A stretch of DNA of 17,893 nt, from NCBI RefSeq assembly GCF_042650625.1, contig NZ_JBHSBM010000011.1, forward strand, positions 687,297 through 705,189, read 5' to 3'. Positions 13,891 to 17,893 of this stretch are shown here, piece by piece. A program made the translations under genes and the position numbers. The notes under the pieces are model-generated. The model saw nothing but the letters and a program-made list of their open reading frames with translations, was not told the DNA's origin and did not search any database. The stretch is from Planomonospora corallina. Its GTDB lineage: Bacteria > Actinomycetota > Actinomycetes > Streptosporangiales > Streptosporangiaceae. Within the stretch, counting starts at the first letter, position 1, and each line of letters begins with the position of its first letter.

Positions 13891-14034
13891 CTAGGTGCTG
13901 GTGACCAGGTAGGCGAGCCCGATGAGGATGACGACGGGGATGAGCCAGACGACGGCCTCGCGGGCGAATTCCTTGTACACGGTGGTGTCGTCCCTTCGCG
14001 AGAACGTGACCGAGACAGGCGTGGAACCGACCAT
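13891..14034 (-). CDS. Small (47 aa) hypothetical protein with a C-terminal transmembrane helix.
   Basis: MVGSTPVSVTFSRRDDTTVYKEFAREAVVWLIPVVILIGLAYLVTST. SD-like GAGGCGGGG a few nt upstream. Not in the ORF track (too short). Lies between PP2C #2 and the ECF41 promoter. Weak support; could be spurious. Confidence 0.3.
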   Translation of the reverse strand: MVGSTPVSVTFSRRDDTTVYKEFAREAVVWLIPVVILIGLAYLVTST

Positions 14035-14113
14035 AACCCCGCCTCGGGGTCCCGCCAAGGTCCGCCGCGCCGGCCGGTCACGGCGTGTCCGCGGACCGCG
14101 GCGCCCGCGCCGC

Positions 14114-14887
14114 CTACGGTGTCTGCGGTTCGGCGGCGCCGACGATCACGGGGGTGTCCTGCGCGGGACCCGGCTCGTCCACCACGTCGGCCAGCACGCA
14201 GGTGATGTTGTCCGGGCCGCCGCCGTCGCAGGCCAGCTCGATGAGCGTGCGGGCCGCGGTGTCGAGGTCGTCGATCGTGGCGAGCACGTGCCGGAGCCGG
14301 TTGGCGTCGACCACCCCGGACAGGCCGTCGGAACAGAGCAGGTAGCGGTCGCCGACCTCGGCGTCCCGCAGGGACAGGTCGACCTCGATGCTCTCGCTGC
14401 CGTCGAGGACCTGGAGCAGGATCGACCGGTGCGGGTGCCGGGCCGCCTCCTCGGCGGTGATCCGCCCGTCGTCCATCAGCGTCTGGACCAGCGTGTGGTC
14501 GTAGGTGATCTGGTAGAGGTCGCCCTCGCGGAGCAGGTAGGCACGGGAGTCCCCGATGTGGGCCAGGGCGACGTGCAGCCCGTCCCAGAGCATCAGGGTC
14601 AGTGTGGTGCCCATCCCGGTGAGGCTCGGGTCCTGCGCGACCAGCTCGCGCAGGCGCCGGTTGGCCCGGTGGACCCCGGCCTCCGCCGCGGCGGCCAGGT
14701 CCGCGGGGTGCTCGTGGTCCAGGGACGCGACCACGGCCACCGCGGCCGAGCTGGCCACCTCCCCGCCCACGTGGCCGCCCATTCCGTCGGCGACGGCCAG
14801 CAGCCTCTGGCCGGCGTAGGCGGAGTCCTCGTTGCCCTGGCGGACCCGGCCGACATCCGAAGCCGCCGCGTAGCGGAGCATGATCAT
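14114..14887 (-). CDS. PP2C-family Ser/Thr protein phosphatase (paralog 2).
   Basis: MIMLRYAAASDVGRVRQGNEDSAYAGQRLLAVADGMGGHVGGEVASS...LCSDGLSGVV...GGGPDNITCVLADV. Collinear with paralog 1 at ~55-60% aa identity (by eye). Like paralog 1 it has no obvious SD. Confidence 0.9.
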   Translation of the reverse strand: MIMLRYAAASDVGRVRQGNEDSAYAGQRLLAVADGMGGHVGGEVASSAAVAVVASLDHEHPADLAAAAEAGVHRANRRLRELVAQDPSLTGMGTTLTLMLWDGLHVALAHIGDSRAYLLREGDLYQITYDHTLVQTLMDDGRITAEEAARHPHRSILLQVLDGSESIEVDLSLRDAEVGDRYLLCSDGLSGVVDANRLRHVLATIDDLDTAARTLIELACDGGGPDNITCVLADVVDEPGPAQDTPVIVGAAEPQTP

Positions 14888-15106
14888 CTACACACCACTG
14901 CTGAAACGTCGAGTCGCACGGGTGGGTCGCTTTCGGACGGTCGGTACGGGCATGAGATCTTCCAACGATCCACCGTGCGCCGTGGGTGGCGCAAGCGACC
15001 GGGAGAAGTGTCGTCGTAATCGTTGACGCACCTGGCGGCGCGTAAGCTGTTCCGACACCTGACAGTACCCGGACACGCGTCCCCATGACACGGCGAGGAG
15101 AGCACG
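14888..15106. promoter_or_regulatory. Divergent intergenic region between PP2C #2 (-) and prfC (+).
   Basis: Contains TTGACG (15023-15028) and TAAGCT (15043-15048) but only a 14-nt spacer. Strong prfC RBS GAGGAGAG 5 nt before the ATG at 15107. Confidence 0.3.
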
Positions 15107-16693
15107 ATGACCACCGCGATCGCGCAGGAGGCGGCGCGGCGCCGCACATTCGCGGTGATCAGCCACCCCGACGCCGGTAAGTCGACGATGACCGAGGCTC
15201 TGGCGCTGCACGCCTCGGCCATCATGGAGGCCGGCGCCGTGCACGGCAAGGCCGGCCGGCGCGGCGTGACCTCCGACTGGATGGACATGGAGAAGGCCCG
15301 CGGCATCTCCATCACCTCGGCCGCGCTCCGCTTCGAGTACCGCGGGCACATGTTCAACCTGGTCGACACCCCCGGCCACGCCGACTTCTCCGAGGACACC
15401 TACCGGGTGCTGGCCGCCGTCGACTGCGCGGTCATGCTGCTGGACGCCGCCAAGGGCATGGAGCCGCAGACCCTCAAGCTCTTCGAGGTCTGCCGCCACC
15501 GCCGCATCCCCGTCATCACGTTCGTCAACAAGTGGGACCGGCCCGGCCGCGAGGCGCTGGAACTGCTGGACGAGATCGAGGAGAAGACCGGTCTGCGGCC
15601 CACCCCGGTCACCTGGCCGATCGGCACCGGCGGCTTCTTCCACGGGGTCATCGACCGGCTGGCCGGCCGGGCCGTGCGCTACACCCGGACGCCGGGCGGA
15701 GCCACCAAGGCCATCGAGACCGAACTCACCCCCGAGCAGGCGCTCGCCGAGATCGGGGAGGACTGGGAGCGGTCGAAGGACGAGGCCGACCTGCTGACGG
15801 AGATCGGCGCCGACCACGACCAGAAGGCGTTCGAGTCCCACGAGACGACCCCGGTGCTGTTCGGCGCGGCCCTGTCCAACTTCGGCGTCGGCCGCCTGCT
15901 GGACGCCATGGTGGACCTCGCCCCGCCGCCCGCGCCCCGTCCCGACGCCAAGGGCGACCCGCGCCTGCTGGAGGAGCCGTTCTCCGGCCTGGTCTTCAAG
16001 GTCCAGGCCAACATGGACCCCTCGCACCGCGACCGGATCGCGTTCGTGCGGGTCTGCTCCGGCCGCTTCGAGCGCGGCATGGTGCTGACCCACGCCGCGA
16101 CCGGGCGCCCCTTCGCCACCAAGTACGCCCAGTCGGTCTTCGGGCAGGAGCGCGCCACGATCGACGAGGCCTACCCCGGTGACGTGATCGGTCTGGTCAA
16201 CGCCACCGCGCTCCGGCCGGGCGACACCCTCTACGACGGCCGGCCGGTCGAGTTCCCGAAGATCCCCAGCTTCGCGCCGGAGCACTTCTGGACCGCCCGA
16301 GTCCGCGACTCCAGCCGGTCCAAGCAGTTCCGCAAGGGCATCGAGCAGATGGAGGCCGAGGGCGTCGTCCAGGTGCTCCGCTCCGAGATCCGCGGTGACC
16401 AGTCGCCGGTGCTCGCGGCGGTCGGCCCGATGCAGTTCGACGTGGTCAAGCACCGGCTGGCCGGGGAGTTCAACACCGAGATCGCCCTGGATCGGCTCGA
16501 CTTCAGCCTCGCCCGTCTCACCGACGCCGACTCGGCGCCGATCCTGGCCCGCCAGCGCGGGGTGGAGGTCCTCACCCGGACCCTCGACGGGGCGCTGCTG
16601 GCGCTGTTCACCGACGAGTGGCGGATGCGCGGCGTGCTGCGGGACCATCCGGACCTGAAGCTGGAGCCGCTGCTCGCCGACACCCGGGGCTGA
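15107..16693 (+). CDS. prfC: Peptide chain release factor 3 (RF3, translational GTPase).
   Basis: 528 aa. G1 ISHPDAGKSTMTE; G3 NLVDTPGHADFSEDTYRVLAAVD; NKWDR (G4-like). Overall length and order match RF3. Good SD. Confidence 0.93.
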   Translation: MTTAIAQEAARRRTFAVISHPDAGKSTMTEALALHASAIMEAGAVHGKAGRRGVTSDWMDMEKARGISITSAALRFEYRGHMFNLVDTPGHADFSEDTYRVLAAVDCAVMLLDAAKGMEPQTLKLFEVCRHRRIPVITFVNKWDRPGREALELLDEIEEKTGLRPTPVTWPIGTGGFFHGVIDRLAGRAVRYTRTPGGATKAIETELTPEQALAEIGEDWERSKDEADLLTEIGADHDQKAFESHETTPVLFGAALSNFGVGRLLDAMVDLAPPPAPRPDAKGDPRLLEEPFSGLVFKVQANMDPSHRDRIAFVRVCSGRFERGMVLTHAATGRPFATKYAQSVFGQERATIDEAYPGDVIGLVNATALRPGDTLYDGRPVEFPKIPSFAPEHFWTARVRDSSRSKQFRKGIEQMEAEGVVQVLRSEIRGDQSPVLAAVGPMQFDVVKHRLAGEFNTEIALDRLDFSLARLTDADSAPILARQRGVEVLTRTLDGALLALFTDEWRMRGVLRDHPDLKLEPLLADTRG

Positions 16694-16702
16694 CCCGCCG
16701 TA

Positions 16703-16737
16703 CGGCCCCGCGCCTGCTCACAGGACCGGCGGGGCCG
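16703..16737 (+). terminator. GC hairpin 10 nt after the prfC stop (possible terminator).
   Basis: CGGCCCCGC (16703-16711), 16-nt loop, GCGGGGCCG (16729-16737). No U-tract. Confidence 0.3.
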
Positions 16738-16794
16738 GTTCGGAGCGGTGGGAGCGTTCCCACAAGTGTGCCCGGCATGATGTGATATGTCGCT

Positions 16795-17775
16795 ATGAGC
16801 ACGATTAAGTGGGGCATCCTGGCGACCGGCGGCATCGCCGCGACCTTCACCGAGGACCTGAAACTGCTGCCGGACGCCGAGGTGGTCGCCGTCGGGTCCC
16901 GGTCGATCGAGAGCGCCCGGGCCTTCGCCGACCGCTACGGCATCCCCCGTGCCCACGGCACCTGGGCCGAGCTGGCCGCCGATCCCGAGGTGGACATCGT
17001 CTACGTCGCCACCCCGCACAGCGCCCACTACGACGCGGTCACGACCTGCCTGAACGCCGGCAAGGCCGTGCTGTGCGAGAAGCCGTTCACCCTCGACCGG
17101 ACCCGGGCCGCCGAACTGGTGGACCTCGCCCGCGAGCGCGGCCTGTTCCTCATGGAGGCCATGTGGATGCGCTGCAACCCGGCCATCCGCAAGATCGTCG
17201 AACTGGTCCGCGAGGGCGCGCTCGGCCCGGTGAACACCGTCCACGCCGACTTCGGCATCTCCGTCTCCGTCGGCCCCGACCACCGGCTCCGCGACCCGGC
17301 GCTGGGCGGCGGAGCCCTGCTCGACCTCGGCGTCTACCCGGTCTCCTTCGCCCACATGGTGCTCGGCGCCCCCGAGAAGGTGCAGGCCTGGGCCCGGCTG
17401 ACCCCGGAGGGCGTGGACGAGAACACCGGCATGCTGCTCGGCTACCCCGACGGCGCGGTCGCGGTGCTGTCCTGCGGGATCACCACGCACAGCCCCGTCA
17501 CCGCTTCGATCTCCGGACCGCTCGGCCGGATCGAGCTGCCGCACCTGTTCTTCCGGCCCGAGGCGTTCACCCTCTACCGGACGGACGGCGAGCCGGAGAC
17601 CTTCCAGGTGCCCTTCGACGGCAACGGCATGAACCACGAGGCGGCCGAGGCCATGCGCTGCCTGCGTGAGGGCCTGCTGGAGAGCCCGCTGGTGCCCTGG
17701 AGTTCGACGCTCGAGGTGATGGGCATCCTGGACGAGGTCCGCGCTCGGATCGGCGTGCGCTTCCCCGGAGAGTGA
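16795..17775 (+). CDS. Gfo/Idh/MocA-family NAD(P)-dependent oxidoreductase.
   Basis: MSTIKWGILATGGIAATFTEDL (Rossmann GxxGxxG) and LCEKPF (the family's EKP motif). 326 aa. The start has no clear SD, so the true start may differ slightly. Confidence 0.85.
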   Translation: MSTIKWGILATGGIAATFTEDLKLLPDAEVVAVGSRSIESARAFADRYGIPRAHGTWAELAADPEVDIVYVATPHSAHYDAVTTCLNAGKAVLCEKPFTLDRTRAAELVDLARERGLFLMEAMWMRCNPAIRKIVELVREGALGPVNTVHADFGISVSVGPDHRLRDPALGGGALLDLGVYPVSFAHMVLGAPEKVQAWARLTPEGVDENTGMLLGYPDGAVAVLSCGITTHSPVTASISGPLGRIELPHLFFRPEAFTLYRTDGEPETFQVPFDGNGMNHEAAEAMRCLREGLLESPLVPWSSTLEVMGILDEVRARIGVRFPGE

Positions 17776-17893
17776 CCGGCCGCCCGGACGGGCTTCCTGT
17801 ACGGCGGGTCGTTCGGCCGGGTCCTTTTCTTCTTGGACGGGTCCGGCGTTCCCGTGCCGGGCCGGTGTCCGCGGGCGCGGGGGCGGGCCGGTG

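Noticed and set aside
13293-16648. 618-aa (13293..15149 -), 365-aa (13922..15019 +) and 586-aa (14888..16648 -) ORFs.
   Set aside because: Alternate-frame or antisense to CMD, PP2C #2 and prfC, all of which have strong motif support. Products are Arg/Gly/Pro-rich low complexity.
16231-17669. 468-aa minus-strand ORF and 286-aa plus-strand ORF overlapping the Gfo/Idh/MocA gene.
   Set aside because: Antisense or alternate frame. Only 16795..17775 (+) carries the Rossmann GxxGxxG and EKP motifs.
1-17893. Possibility of a CRISPR array, tRNA, IS element or integrase marking a mobile island.
   Set aside because: No spacer-repeat periodicity, no tRNA-like cloverleaf candidates, and no transposase or integrase-like ORFs or terminal inverted repeats seen on either strand. 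GC content and codon bias are uniform apart from two short promoter islands, so there is no sequence-composition evidence for recent horizontal acquisition.

Overview
High-GC (~72%) actinomycete chromosome segment, Streptomyces-like in codon usage (strong GC3 bias, GTG/TTG starts). I support 12 protein-coding genes and no RNA genes, CRISPR arrays or transposases. In coordinate order:
- Minus strand: an N-terminally complete Hanks-type Ser/Thr protein kinase that runs off the window start.
- Minus strand, 29 bp upstream of the kinase: a single-chain HTH + N6-adenine DNA methyltransferase + HsdS-like target-recognition domain protein.
- Plus strand, divergent from the methyltransferase across an AT-rich promoter island: PP2C phosphatase #1.
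- Minus strand: a three-gene, translationally coupled operon of an NfeD/YqiJ-like membrane protein, a flotillin (SPFH/band-7 with EA-rich coiled coil) and a 1742-aa protein with a C-terminal MoxR/midasin-clade AAA+ module. Its Gly/Ala-rich linker carries tandem 36-bp repeats.
- Minus strand: an ECF41-family sigma factor (YVGPWFPEP, DGGGR and NPDKL signatures) with its partner carboxymuconolactone-decarboxylase/AhpD-like gene. That partner gene is preceded by an exact ECF41 target promoter (TGTCACA-N16-CGTC).
- Minus strand: a 47-aa putative membrane ORF.
- Minus strand: PP2C phosphatase #2, an inverted paralog of #1.
- Plus strand: peptide chain release factor 3 (prfC).
- Plus strand: a Gfo/Idh/MocA oxidoreductase.
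Most of the long ORFs in the six-frame track (e.g. 4714..10761 +, 9441..12050 +, 13293..15149 -, 14888..16648 -) are stop-codon-poor antisense or alternate-frame artifacts typical of high-GC DNA, not genes.
The most interesting candidates are (i) the NfeD-flotillin-giant AAA+ ATPase operon, and (ii) the methyltransferase-kinase co-operon with a divergent PP2C, which loosely echoes Pgl/BREX type 2 logic. Neither can be assigned a function from sequence alone.
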